From a bacterium (GTDB lineage: Bacteria; Zhuqueibacterota; Zhuqueibacteria; Residuimicrobiales; Krinioviventaceae), in contig OY843751.1 in assembly GCA_963693055.1 (NCBI GenBank), positions 5,600,001 through 5,664,000 on the forward strand: a stretch of 64,000 nucleotides of DNA, given 5' to 3'. Both the position numbers and the translations under genes were made by a program. Below the pieces are notes generated by a model. The model was not told where the DNA came from. It saw only the letters and a list, made by a program, of their open reading frames with translations, and ran no database searches. This document shows positions 17,688 through 27,897 of this stretch, one piece after another; the first letter of the stretch is position 1, and each line of letters opens with the position of its first letter.

Positions 17688-18623
17688 TTATCTCAATCCA
17701 ACATCACTCAACCAGAATTTCAATGTCTCGCAGTCTTTTTTCATGGCTTTGAGCGAATTCTTTTGAACTTCTTTTTCCGTACGTCCTTCAACTTTCCATT
17801 CAAAATGCTGAATGATAGATCCGTTATAACCGGTCTCTTTCAACATGGCAAAAAAGTCTTTATTGACCATGCCGTCTCCAAGCGGACCCCAGTTGGCCCG
17901 CCAGCGGCCCTTTTTATCTTTGCCCCATGTAAAATCTTTAACAATCACAATCTTTGTTAATGGTCGCATCAGTCGGGCATTCACCGGCCATACATATCCG
18001 CCTTCCACAGTTGAATGACCAATATCAAAAGCAGAACCAATCGCGTTGATATCCATATCCTTGATCATATCGTACAAATCCCACAAAGGGGCGCCCACAT
18101 ATTGGGTCCCTGAATGGTTCTGGAACGCCGCACAAAGTCCAAGCTCTATATTTATATCCGCAATAGCCTGTAATTGTTCCTTAATTTTTATCATTTGATC
18201 GGGTATGGGTTTGTCCAGATCATACTTCCAACCGCCAATGCGATACAGCTTGACACCCGTTTTTTTCAGAGTTGATAAAATGGTTCTGGCGTGTGGTTCT
18301 GCCAGATCATGAAAGCTGACCGTAGCCATAAACATTTCAAGATTATTGTTCTTTAAAGCCTCTACCATTTTCGGCAGGTCTTCTTCTACCCGCTCCGGCA
18401 GCACATGGCCTTTGGGTCGGACCGGGCACTCTATACCGTCCCAGCCGATCTCGGTCACTGCGTCTGCGGTATCCTTGTAATTCAGCCATTGTAAATGTTT
18501 GGAAAATACACCTATTTTCACTCCGGATTGTGCCGCACCAGCAGGTTTTACAGATCCCAGACCAAGAGCCGCACCTGCTATCGCAGATTTTATCATAAAA
18601 TCACGACGATCCATTTTTTCCAC
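17688..18623 (-). CDS. Tat-exported sugar phosphate isomerase/epimerase (TIM barrel)
   Basis: GTG 18623 after GAGGAGG (the track start 18710 is too long). MDRRDFM, FSKHLQ, QNHSG, FDIGH, VKDF. Confidence 0.85.
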   Translation of the reverse strand: MEKMDRRDFMIKSAIAGAALGLGSVKPAGAAQSGVKIGVFSKHLQWLNYKDTADAVTEIGWDGIECPVRPKGHVLPERVEEDLPKMVEALKNNNLEMFMATVSFHDLAEPHARTILSTLKKTGVKLYRIGGWKYDLDKPIPDQMIKIKEQLQAIADINIELGLCAAFQNHSGTQYVGAPLWDLYDMIKDMDINAIGSAFDIGHSTVEGGYVWPVNARLMRPLTKIVIVKDFTWGKDKKGRWRANWGPLGDGMVNKDFFAMLKETGYNGSIIQHFEWKVEGRTEKEVQKNSLKAMKKDCETLKFWLSDVGLR

Positions 18624-18710
18624 GATTACCTCCTCACAAAGATGACGGATGATTATAAATATAGAATAAGAAAAATTTGGATAATAGCAAAAGATTTTTT
18701 CGAAAAGCAT

Positions 18711-18737
18711 TAGGGGATTTCTGCATTAATACGTATT
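18711..18737 (+). promoter_or_regulatory. Candidate ECF sigma promoter (TAGGG-N13-ATACGTATT) upstream of the sigma gene
   Basis: The same bipartite motif with identical spacing recurs at 19333-19359. Confidence 0.65.
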
Positions 18738-18758
18738 ATAAGAATACATCCCCAGGGG

Positions 18759-19328
18759 ATGTCAACCCTATACAACAACGAATCCCGGAATTTTGTTTAT
18801 ATGAAAGTCCCAGACACACGCACCGATCGTCAGCTGGTATGCCTGATCCGTAATGGAGATATAGATGCCTTTCAAGTCCTGTATTATCGCTACACGGACG
18901 ATCTCTTTCGCTTTATCTTTTCCCGCCTGGGAGACAGGGAAACCGCCATTGACTATGTACAGGATATTTTCCTGCAAGTCTGGGAAAAACGAGCAGCACT
19001 CAATCCCGATGCGTCGGTCAAAGCCTATATGTTTAAAACAGCACACAACCGGTTGATTGACCATTTCCGTAAAAGCAGTACGCGCAAAACACATACTTTT
19101 GACATATTGCCGGACTCGCCAGAGCATGCGGACAATCCCGAATTGCAGACCCGTGTAAAAATCGCTATCCATCAACTGCCTGAAAAAGAAGCCCTCGTTT
19201 TTCACCTCTCCCGCTTTGATGGATTCAGCTATAAAGAGATTGCGCAAATCTGTCAGGTCTCGGTAAAAACGGTTGAAAAACGCATGAGCAATGCGTTGAA
19301 ACACCTGAGAAAACATATTCTGGAATAG
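18759..19328 (+). CDS. ECF sigma-70 factor (FecI-like)
   Basis: Region 2 DYVQDIFLQVW...AYMFKTAHNRLIDHFR; region 4 LP...VF.LSRFDGFSYKEIA...KTVE. Alternative ATG at 18801. Confidence 0.93.
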   Translation: MSTLYNNESRNFVYMKVPDTRTDRQLVCLIRNGDIDAFQVLYYRYTDDLFRFIFSRLGDRETAIDYVQDIFLQVWEKRAALNPDASVKAYMFKTAHNRLIDHFRKSSTRKTHTFDILPDSPEHADNPELQTRVKIAIHQLPEKEALVFHLSRFDGFSYKEIAQICQVSVKTVEKRMSNALKHLRKHILE

Positions 19329-19332
19329 ACGG

Positions 19333-19359
19333 TAGGGTAATTAACAAATCATACGTATT
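19333..19359 (+). promoter_or_regulatory. Candidate ECF sigma promoter (TAGGG-N13-ATACGTATT) upstream of fecR
   Basis: Matches 18711-18737 at all 14 conserved positions. Confidence 0.65.
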
Positions 19360-19375
19360 CTGTTATGAAAAAAGT

Positions 19376-20350
19376 TTGGAAAAAATCATGAAAACAGATC
19401 TATTGGTCAAACATATCGCCAACCAAACCACAACACGGGAAACAACACAGGTGGAAAAATGGTGCGCGCAATCTAAAGAGAATAAAGCCGATTATGATTC
19501 TCTATTGCAAACCTGGCAGCATATTGAGACACCCGCTTTTGAATTTCCCAAGGAACAGGGTTGGCAATCCATTGCTCAAAAGATCAAATCTACCGAGTCC
19601 CCATCAACATTCACCCCGGAACGTTCCGCACCCAGGTTCCGGTTTCACAGTGGATTTGCCTGGGCCGGTGCTCTGGTTGTTATCGTTCTTCTGGTTCTGT
19701 TTCAAGCTGTACCCCAATACCAAACCCGGACCCTCATAACCGCAAAAGGAGAACAGATCTCGGTTCAACTGCCCGATGGCTCTACCGCCACCCTCAATGC
19801 CGGCAGCAGTTTGTCCTTTCCCAAACGATTCAAAACCGAGCGACGCGTAGAACTGGATGGCGAAGCGTTTTTCAATGTTACAAAATCATCCAAACCTTTT
19901 ATCGTTTGTACCGGTAATGCACAGGTACTGGTGCTGGGCACCTTATTTAATGTGTGGAGCCGCAATAACGAAACCCGTGTTGCTGTAGAATCGGGTACTG
20001 TTAGCCTGAGCGGAATGGAAACCGATTCCACACTCGTACTGCAAGCGGGACAAGCAGCCATTGTGGAAAACGGTAACTTGCCGCAATACAAGCCCAACGC
20101 CAACATGGATGCTTATCTGGACTGGCTCAGCGGATCACTGGTATTCAATCAAACGACCCTTTCCGAGATCATTGGCGATCTGGAAAGACAATACAATGTG
20201 TATATCACAACCGAAAACATCAATGCGGATACATTCACGGTCACCGGCTCTTTTACAGATATGCCCATAGACGAAGTGTTAGATACAATCTGCCTAACCC
20301 TTGACCTTCGCTGTTACCAGGCAGCCGGAATGTATACCATCAGTAATTAG
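19376..20350 (+). CDS. FecR-family anti-sigma factor
   Basis: Single TM segment; LPDGS.ATLNAGS, GEAFFNV, VLGT.FNV, LERQYNV. Alternative ATG at 19388. Confidence 0.93.
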   Translation: MEKIMKTDLLVKHIANQTTTRETTQVEKWCAQSKENKADYDSLLQTWQHIETPAFEFPKEQGWQSIAQKIKSTESPSTFTPERSAPRFRFHSGFAWAGALVVIVLLVLFQAVPQYQTRTLITAKGEQISVQLPDGSTATLNAGSSLSFPKRFKTERRVELDGEAFFNVTKSSKPFIVCTGNAQVLVLGTLFNVWSRNNETRVAVESGTVSLSGMETDSTLVLQAGQAAIVENGNLPQYKPNANMDAYLDWLSGSLVFNQTTLSEIIGDLERQYNVYITTENINADTFTVTGSFTDMPIDEVLDTICLTLDLRCYQAAGMYTISN

Positions 20351-20360
20351 GGGAAAATAA

Positions 20361-22910
20361 ATGAAACACCTGAATACCATATTGCTCTTTTTCACTATCA
20401 GCTTAACAGCCTTTGCTCAAACTCTCGACTCGCTGACCTTTCAGTTCAGCGATCTCACCCTGCGCCAGGCATTGCAAGAGATCAGTACCCAAACCGGTGT
20501 GCAGTTTATTTTCAGTGATGCTTTAATTGATGGCAAATCTGTAAACGGCTGCTACGCAGGTGCCTCTATCGATTCCACGTTGCACCATCTCTTGACAGAT
20601 ACACAAATCGCTTTTAGACATATCAAAAACGGACGTATTGTGCTACATCCGTCCGATCAACGTATTATAAAAGGTTATGTTTACGACGCCGAAAATGGCC
20701 AGGGACTGCCTTTTGCCAACATTACCCTCAAAGGCACAGACCACGGTACTGCCGCCAACGATCAGGGTTATTTTGCTCTCGCGAACCACATTACCGATCC
20801 TTGTACGTTATCGGTGAGTTACATCGGTTATCAGCCAGGCGAGGTGATAGCCGATGTTCAGGGGGGGACATCACCGGTCAACGTACCCCTGGCCAATGAT
20901 CCCATTATGACGCGCGAGCTGACAGTTACCAGTCAAAAGACTCCCCTTTTAGAGCTTCAGGGCTCACCCGGCTATATCAAATTCGCTCCGGAACAGATGG
21001 AAGCCATTCCCTCTACTGGCCCCAACGAGCTGCATCGTGCAATCCAGTTTATGCCGGGTGTCAGCGGTATACAGGAAAAACCCGAAGGACTGTACGTAAT
21101 GGGCGGCACCCCGGACCAGAATCTGGTGTTACTGGACGGAATGCCCATTTACAAATCCACCCATTTCTTTGGTCTGGTAAGTGCGTTCCACCCGGACGCT
21201 ATTGATTCTGTGGAACTGCACCTCAGCGGATATCCCGCACAATACGGCGGACACCTTTCAAGCGTTATGCAGTACCATGTGGACAGTGCCATTGGCAAGC
21301 CTCTCAAACTCGGCGCGGGAGTGGATTTTATGCAAATGTACGCACACGCACGCGTGCCAGTGTCTGACAAAATCGGGGTGACGCTGGCGGCGAGGAGAAC
21401 ATTTCTCGACTTTGCAAGGCCGCAAAGTTATAGCTCTGTTTATGGTTTTTTAACAAAAAACCCATCTTATTACAGTGCACCTGTATATACTTATCATGAT
21501 ATATCTGCAAAAATACAATATATTACTAACCAAAATACTAACATTGAGGCATCTAGCTATTATAGTAGAGACTATGTGGACAGAAACGATACTGAAGGTT
21601 CCTATAATTCGATTAGCAATTATAACAAATGGTACAACAAAGCCCTGGGATTAAAAATAGATAAAAAACTTTTCCCCATATTTTATAGCAGATTCACAGC
21701 ATCATATTCTGAATTACAATCAAATTTTAAAAGAATTGATCCGTTTCCCTTTGGCTTTAGTTACGACGTGGGTAGCCTGTTCTTTGAAAACACAAATCAT
21801 TTGGTTTACTATAATATAAAACTGGATAATTCTTTAGCAATTACACCCAACGCAAAGATTCATTTTGGATTGGAAAAGCAAAATTATGAATTGGATTTCA
21901 GTCATACGCGCATGTATGAAATTGATCCTGCAAATTATAACATTACTTCCAATACAGGTAGCTATGGAACGAAAAGTTCACATATCATATATAATGGATA
22001 TGTACATACTGAATTTCAGTTTAAAAGCCTTAACCTTGAGCCGGGCTTTCGTATTAACCGCCTGGAACAGAACCTGGAATACAGTACAGAACCCCGTTTT
22101 ACAGCAAATTTCAAATGGAATAATCTAAAATTGTTTGCTCACTGGGGACACTATCATCAATATACCTATGAAAAATATGGAGAAATTTATTTCAATGGCA
22201 ACTCGCCCTGGTGGAATTTTTCGCAATCACCCTCATTTTCGGTCAACCGCTCCAGTGGAGTCAAATACACTAATCCTTTGTTTAATATTGAACTTGAAGG
22301 CTACCAAAAATCCTTCAACAATCTTAATCTTCCCGTCGCTAATGACGGGGAATATATGACAGGCAGCGGTAGCAGCCATGGTATGATAGCCTCTCTGGCT
22401 TTTAATTGGAAAAACTATAAGGCCTGGTGCAGTTATCACTGGTCAGATTCAGATTATACAATCCCCAATTTCAATGAAGGACTTTCGTTCCCACTGAATT
22501 TCCATCGAAAGCACGAATTAAAAATGATGATACAATCCACCCATCGCGGATGGGACTGGACCATATCCGGAATTCTAGCAAGTGGTCAACCCTTTACTCC
22601 AATTAGATCATATTATTCTTTATATGATCTAAACAATCATGATATTACTGTCATTCAACAAGGTACATTTAATTCTGCAAGAATGGGTAATTATAGCCGT
22701 TGTGATGTAAAGCTATCTCGCCAATTTAAAAACAAACTTGATCTGGACTGGACGACTGGCATCGTTTGGTTAAATTTCCTTGAAGATGATAATTTATGGA
22801 GATATGATTCATATCAGGCATATTATTCATGGCAGGAAAAAAAGGACATGCTTTCATTTGTATTTTTATTCTTTATACAAGCTGAATTCAATGGAAAGGA
22901 TAATCGATGA
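20361..22910 (+). CDS. TonB-dependent receptor with N-terminal STN signalling and carboxypeptidase-regulatory-like domains
   Basis: L.QALQEI..QTGVQF STN; IKGYVYDAENG.GLPFANI; plug PGV...GLYVMGG.PDQNLVLLDG; aromatic-rich barrel. Confidence 0.9.
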   Translation: MKHLNTILLFFTISLTAFAQTLDSLTFQFSDLTLRQALQEISTQTGVQFIFSDALIDGKSVNGCYAGASIDSTLHHLLTDTQIAFRHIKNGRIVLHPSDQRIIKGYVYDAENGQGLPFANITLKGTDHGTAANDQGYFALANHITDPCTLSVSYIGYQPGEVIADVQGGTSPVNVPLANDPIMTRELTVTSQKTPLLELQGSPGYIKFAPEQMEAIPSTGPNELHRAIQFMPGVSGIQEKPEGLYVMGGTPDQNLVLLDGMPIYKSTHFFGLVSAFHPDAIDSVELHLSGYPAQYGGHLSSVMQYHVDSAIGKPLKLGAGVDFMQMYAHARVPVSDKIGVTLAARRTFLDFARPQSYSSVYGFLTKNPSYYSAPVYTYHDISAKIQYITNQNTNIEASSYYSRDYVDRNDTEGSYNSISNYNKWYNKALGLKIDKKLFPIFYSRFTASYSELQSNFKRIDPFPFGFSYDVGSLFFENTNHLVYYNIKLDNSLAITPNAKIHFGLEKQNYELDFSHTRMYEIDPANYNITSNTGSYGTKSSHIIYNGYVHTEFQFKSLNLEPGFRINRLEQNLEYSTEPRFTANFKWNNLKLFAHWGHYHQYTYEKYGEIYFNGNSPWWNFSQSPSFSVNRSSGVKYTNPLFNIELEGYQKSFNNLNLPVANDGEYMTGSGSSHGMIASLAFNWKNYKAWCSYHWSDSDYTIPNFNEGLSFPLNFHRKHELKMMIQSTHRGWDWTISGILASGQPFTPIRSYYSLYDLNNHDITVIQQGTFNSARMGNYSRCDVKLSRQFKNKLDLDWTTGIVWLNFLEDDNLWRYDSYQAYYSWQEKKDMLSFVFLFFIQAEFNGKDNR

Positions 22911-23731
22911 AAAAGATATTAATATCAACTTTGTTACCCTTGCTGTTTTTAATTGCATGTGACAAGATAGAAAATCCTGTAATTTCTAAAGGAGAAGGTA
23001 TTGTAATACAAGCTTATCTTTATGCGAATAGGCCCGTTAATGATATTAAAATTTCTACTTTGGCATCTTTTGATGAATCAAGTTGGCAAAAACCCATTAA
23101 TAATGCAAAGGTTTTTCTCTATAAAAACAATAATGCATTCCCTCTAACATTGATCCCTGGTGACAGCGGGTATTACCAATACGAGGGAGATGACTTGTCT
23201 ATAAATGCGGGTGATTCAATCTCCATATCCGTTACCCATAATGGAATAACCGCCACAGCAAATACATGGGTACCTTATAAACCATCAATTACATATTTAT
23301 CCAAAGACACATTATTTATTAGCCAACCTTCTCACTATTCTGGAATTCCGGAGCATATGTTCTCCGTTGAATGGACCTCTCCTGACAGCGAAAATGTCTA
23401 TTACATCTATGATATCACCCCACAATTCAAATCCTATTGGTCTTGGAGGTACTTTTCATCAATCAATTCAGGATCCTATAAAACATTTGAAAATCACTGG
23501 TCACAAACACAGGCAACTATGGATCTCTTTTTTTATAGTCTTGAAGACATGGGGAAATACACTTTTTATGTGCACAGAGTAAATATGGAATATATTAATA
23601 TGGTTTCATATAGATTCATGCTGGATAATAAATTCATAAAAACAGAATCAAATATAAAAAACGGTTATGGTATTTTTACCGCATTCAATAGTGATAGCTG
23701 TGAAATATACATACTAGCAAGTAACGAGTGA
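22907..23731 (+). CDS. DUF4249-like lipoprotein partner of the TonB-dependent receptor
   Basis: Lipobox LIAC; PINNAKV.L; C-terminal SNIKNGYGIF; ATGA overlap. Confidence 0.75.
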   Translation: MKKILISTLLPLLFLIACDKIENPVISKGEGIVIQAYLYANRPVNDIKISTLASFDESSWQKPINNAKVFLYKNNNAFPLTLIPGDSGYYQYEGDDLSINAGDSISISVTHNGITATANTWVPYKPSITYLSKDTLFISQPSHYSGIPEHMFSVEWTSPDSENVYYIYDITPQFKSYWSWRYFSSINSGSYKTFENHWSQTQATMDLFFYSLEDMGKYTFYVHRVNMEYINMVSYRFMLDNKFIKTESNIKNGYGIFTAFNSDSCEIYILASNE

Positions 23732-23738
23732 GAAAAAA

Positions 23739-24251
23739 ATGAAAAATCTTATCAGCATTCTGATCCTTATACTATTATCATCAAACTATCTATACTCTCA
23801 AAATATAAAGCCAGACTTAACCTATACTCCTAAAAATAAATCTATGGCTATAACAATGGGGGTGGCAAATACAATTGCTCCTCCCTTACTGGCATATTAT
23901 TTGGGAATAAATCAAAAACAAAGTCTGGGAAAATTGATTTTGGGGTATGGTATTCTGGCAGGCCCGGCAATGGGCAACTATTACGCACATGACATGAAGC
24001 GATTTTATTGGGGTGTAGGCTTGAGATTAGGATCAATGTTGTTTTACTCTACTTATTTTGAAGACGGTGTCAATAACGATACCGGAGCCTATATTATGGC
24101 CACAACCATACTTACAACAACTATCTGGAACATTTGGACCGCTCCCAAATCCGTTCAGGAATACAATGATAAAAACATCAACCTCTCTCTTGCACCCTGT
24201 TATCTGCCGCAGTCCCGCTCTGTGGGTATTGCTTTGAATTTGAATTTTTAA
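23739..24251 (+). CDS. Hypothetical exported membrane protein
   Basis: Signal peptide, hydrophobic helices, G.GNYYA, and a C-terminal beta-signal-like GIALNLNF. Confidence 0.65.
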   Translation: MKNLISILILILLSSNYLYSQNIKPDLTYTPKNKSMAITMGVANTIAPPLLAYYLGINQKQSLGKLILGYGILAGPAMGNYYAHDMKRFYWGVGLRLGSMLFYSTYFEDGVNNDTGAYIMATTILTTTIWNIWTAPKSVQEYNDKNINLSLAPCYLPQSRSVGIALNLNF

Positions 24252-24378
24252 TCCCCCCCCCTTTTAAGCAGGGATTCTCAAAAAACAATCCCTGCATTTT
24301 TCATTTTTTTTTTTTATTTTGATCACATCTTTTTCATATAAATTGTTATATTGAAACCATAAACATGAGGATGATTTA

Positions 24379-25425
24379 ATGCACAAATATGTAATAACAA
24401 TTATACTGGCGCTGATGTATGGCTGTACTCCCCCTCCGGCAGAGGAGAAACTGTCCCCGATCATTGTAACCGAACCGGTGCAATATGACACGGATGATCC
24501 GGCCATCTGGGTGTGCCCGGACGATCCCGCAAAAAGCCTGATTATCGGTACCGATAAAGACAAAGACGGCGGACTCTATGTGTTCGATCTTGACGGCAAA
24601 ATAGTAGCCGACAAATGTGTCCACAATCTGAAACGCCCCAACAATGTAGATATTGAATACGGGCTGCCCTTAAACGGAATCCCTACCGATATTTGTGTAA
24701 CCACGGAACGGTTAAACAACCAGATCCGTATATTCAGTCTGCCTGACATGAAACCCATTGACAATGGCGGTATTGCCGTGTTCGAGGGCGACTCGCTCCG
24801 CGCGCCCATGGGCATTGCGCTCTACAAACGCCCTTCCGACGAGGCCATTTTCGCAATTGTGGGACGCAAAAAAGGCGCTACAGACGCTTACCTCTGGCAG
24901 TACCGTTTGCAGGATGACGGTAAGGGTATGGTAAAAGCAGATCTGGTACGTAAATTCGGAACATGGAGCGGCACCAAAGAAATTGAGGCCATCGCTGTGG
25001 ACGACGAGTTGGGCTATGTCTATTATTGCGATGAAAAAACCGGAATCCGTAAATACCCGGCTGATCCTGATTCACCCAACGCGAATACAGAACTGGCACT
25101 GTTCGGTACGGATAATTTTACCAATGATCGAGAAGGAATCTCTATTTATGATCTGGATAACGGCAAGGGGTACATCCTGGTATCCGATCAGCAGGCAGAC
25201 CGGTTTAATATTTACCCCCGTGAAGGTACAAAAGCCAACAAACATGAACATCCTTTATTAAAATCCGTGAATGTCTCTACCCATGAAAGCGACGGTTCCG
25301 ATATTTACAGCGGTTATCTGAATGAACAGTTTCCACATGGTATATTTGTAGCCATGTCAACCAACAAAACATTCCAATATTACGCATGGGAGCAGATTGC
25401 CGGAAAAAATCTAGATATCAAATAA
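24379..25425 (+). CDS. Beta-propeller 3-phytase, lipoprotein
   Basis: Lipobox MYGC; DDPAIW, IIGTDK..GGLYVFDL.G, NNVD, EIEAIAVDDE, DREG, SDG. Confidence 0.92.
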   Translation: MHKYVITIILALMYGCTPPPAEEKLSPIIVTEPVQYDTDDPAIWVCPDDPAKSLIIGTDKDKDGGLYVFDLDGKIVADKCVHNLKRPNNVDIEYGLPLNGIPTDICVTTERLNNQIRIFSLPDMKPIDNGGIAVFEGDSLRAPMGIALYKRPSDEAIFAIVGRKKGATDAYLWQYRLQDDGKGMVKADLVRKFGTWSGTKEIEAIAVDDELGYVYYCDEKTGIRKYPADPDSPNANTELALFGTDNFTNDREGISIYDLDNGKGYILVSDQQADRFNIYPREGTKANKHEHPLLKSVNVSTHESDGSDIYSGYLNEQFPHGIFVAMSTNKTFQYYAWEQIAGKNLDIK

Positions 25426-25444
25426 TAAAAATTTCGCCACGCAC

Positions 25445-25484
25445 AAAAAAAAGGCCCCTGTCAAATGACAAGGGCCCTTTTTTT
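25445..25484. terminator. Bidirectional intrinsic terminator
   Basis: A8-GGCCCCTGTCA-AA-TGACAAGGGCC-C-T7 between convergent genes. Confidence 0.8.
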
Positions 25485-25499
25485 AAAAGAAATATCTGT

Positions 25500-26000
25500 T
25501 TAATGTCCGCCACCTGCACGAGCACCAAGTTGAGCGTCAATCATAAGCATTGCGTGACCCGCGTTTCCAACCATCTTTAATTTGTTAACAATCTTGTCCA
25601 TAGAATCTTCTTCTTCAACCTGTTCGGTTACAAACCAATCCAAAAAGGTTTTAGTAGCATGATCGTTTTCTTTGATTGCAAGGTCTACCAGACTGTTAAT
25701 GCTGCCGGTAATATATTTTTCATGCTTTAAAGACTGTTCAAAAATATCCATTGGACCATCAAAATCACTTGCCGGTTTTTCAATGGCTTCAAGAATAACG
25801 CGTCCACCCCGTTCATTAACATAGCTGTAAAATTTCATAGCGTGTCCTACTTCTTCCTGAGCCTGGGCTTTCATAAAGCTTGCCATACCATCCAAATTTT
25901 CACTTTCAAAATAAGAAGCCATTGCAAAGTAAAAATATGAAGAAAATAATTCTTTGTTAATTTGTTCGTTTATTGCTTTTTCCATTGTTTTAGAAATCAT
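25500..26000 (-). CDS. ftnA: Non-heme ferritin
   Basis: QINKELFSSY.Y, QAQEE..HA, HEKYIT, FLDWFVTEQVEEE ferroxidase residues. Confidence 0.95.
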   Translation of the reverse strand: MISKTMEKAINEQINKELFSSYFYFAMASYFESENLDGMASFMKAQAQEEVGHAMKFYSYVNERGGRVILEAIEKPASDFDGPMDIFEQSLKHEKYITGSINSLVDLAIKENDHATKTFLDWFVTEQVEEEDSMDKIVNKLKMVGNAGHAMLMIDAQLGARAGGGH

Positions 26001-26116
26001 TGTGTTGCTCCTTTTTCAGTTTTTATCATTACATAATCAATTTTTTAAGGGAATTTTAATGGATCATTTCAATAAATTAAACAAAAAAAAACCGCAAATA
26101 TTTCAATGAATTTTTA

Positions 26117-26156
26117 TAAAAAGAACGCCAAAGGATTTATTTTATCCTTCGGCGTT
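26117..26156 (-). terminator. Intrinsic terminator after hcp
   Basis: AACGCCAAAGGAT / ATCCTTCGGCGTT stem with an adjacent A tract. Confidence 0.65.
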
Positions 26157-26195
26157 ATTAAATATCAAATAAAAATAACTACTATACGACAAAGC

Positions 26196-27821
26196 TTAGG
26201 CTAAAATGGCTTTTAAATCCTCCTCTACAGTAGAAATGGGTTTAATGTCAAACTGCTCTACAAGAAAATTCAAAATATTGGGGGTAATAAATGCAGGAAG
26301 CGTGGGTCCCAGGCGAATACCTTTTACTCCCAATGCAAGCAAAGACAATAAAACCGCAACCGCTTTCTGTTCATACCATGACAGAACCAAAGACAATGGC
26401 AAATCATTAATTCCGCAGTCAAAGGCCTCTGCAAGGGCCATGGCAATCTTGACCGCTGAATACGCGTCATTGCATTGGCCTACATCCAATAACCGGGGTA
26501 TACCACCAATATCTCCCAAATCCAAATGATTAAATCTGAACTTGCCGCAAGCCAACGTCAATATAACCGTATCTTTCGGTGCCTGTTCAACCAGTTCAGT
26601 ATAATAATTTCTTCCCGGCTTTGCACCATCACAACCACCAACCAGCATAAAATGTTTAATCGCTCCCGCCTTTACGCCTTCTATCACCTTATCTGCAACA
26701 GACATGACTGCATTTCTCCCGAAACCGGTCATTAATGTACCACCAGGTGTATCTTTCAGGCCGCCAAGCGCAATTGCCTTTTCTATAACGGGAGTAAAAT
26801 CATGGTCATCAATATGTTTTACACCAGGCCAGGCTACCAGATCTGTCGTAAATACCTGGTCCATATAAGATTCCCGTGGTTTTTGAATACAGTTTGTATT
26901 GAACAAAAACGCTGCAGGTACACCATCAAATTCTTTTTGCTGGTTCTGCCATGCTGTTCCAAAATGACCCGCAAAATGAGGGTATTTTTTAAACGCGGGG
27001 TAACCATGTGCGGGTAGCATTTCACCATGGGTATAAACATTAACACCTTTACCCTCTGTTTGCTTTAATAACTTTTCCATTACCAGCATATCATGCCCTG
27101 TAATTACAATGGCAGGCCCTTTTTTCAATGCAGTTGAGACCACCGTTGGTTCCGGATGACCAAATCGCTCCGTATGCCCTTTATCTAATATTTCCATCGC
27201 CCGAATATTGATGGTTCCGCATTCCATAACCAATTCCACCAGAGAATCAACCGAGGCATCTACATTATTTAATGCGGACAATGCTTTGTGAAAAAAAGCA
27301 GGAATAGCATCGTCGGTTTCACCCAGAATCGCTGCATGGTCTGCGTATGCGGCAACTCCCTTTAATCCATACATTAACAGCTCTTGTAAAGAACGAACAT
27401 CCTCATTCTGAATAGCCAAAACACCAATACCTTCAATCACAACAGCATCGTTTACCATATCCTGAATACCCGCTCCATTAACAAAAGTTGCCGAAGCTGG
27501 TAAAGTGCTATTTTTAAACTCTTTTTCATACAACCCTTTTAATCCATTTTTAACTTCCTGGGCCTTTTTTATCCATCCCGCCAAACGTTCAGGATCAAAG
27601 TTCACATTGGTAACGGTAGTAAACAAACCTTCCATTACAAAACGATCTGCAATTGGGGTAGAAATATTGTTTTCACGCAAAGCGTGTGCTAAATAACCAA
27701 TTCCTTTCAACTGATATATTAAAACATCTTGCAAATCTGCTACATTGGGTTCTTTACCGCAAACACCTATCTTTTTACAACCCGTTCCCTTGGCAGCCTG
27801 TTCACATTGATAACAAAACAT
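26196..27821 (-). CDS. hcp: Hybrid cluster (prismane) protein, hydroxylamine/NO reductase
   Basis: MFCYQCEQ..GC..GVCGK, GHD, YTHGEMLPAH, GGCDG, ACGK, GQCNDAY, WYEQKA. Confidence 0.97.
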   Translation of the reverse strand: MFCYQCEQAAKGTGCKKIGVCGKEPNVADLQDVLIYQLKGIGYLAHALRENNISTPIADRFVMEGLFTTVTNVNFDPERLAGWIKKAQEVKNGLKGLYEKEFKNSTLPASATFVNGAGIQDMVNDAVVIEGIGVLAIQNEDVRSLQELLMYGLKGVAAYADHAAILGETDDAIPAFFHKALSALNNVDASVDSLVELVMECGTINIRAMEILDKGHTERFGHPEPTVVSTALKKGPAIVITGHDMLVMEKLLKQTEGKGVNVYTHGEMLPAHGYPAFKKYPHFAGHFGTAWQNQQKEFDGVPAAFLFNTNCIQKPRESYMDQVFTTDLVAWPGVKHIDDHDFTPVIEKAIALGGLKDTPGGTLMTGFGRNAVMSVADKVIEGVKAGAIKHFMLVGGCDGAKPGRNYYTELVEQAPKDTVILTLACGKFRFNHLDLGDIGGIPRLLDVGQCNDAYSAVKIAMALAEAFDCGINDLPLSLVLSWYEQKAVAVLLSLLALGVKGIRLGPTLPAFITPNILNFLVEQFDIKPISTVEEDLKAILA

Positions 27822-27897
27822 ATTATTCTCCTTTCCAGTCCATCAATTCTAATTATTGGGGGTCCGTTATATTTATATTAAACATGAAATATGTAAA

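Noticed and set aside
18768-19316. 182-aa ORF antisense to the ECF sigma gene (and similar antisense ORFs at 2729, 10489, 15774, 48281)
   Set aside because: Fully overlap well-supported genes on the opposite strand and show no motifs.
24252-24320. C9 and T12 homopolymers as phase-variation tracts
   Set aside because: Intergenic, adjacent to a terminator-like hairpin, and not demonstrably inside a promoter spacer; no evidence of length variation from a single sequence.
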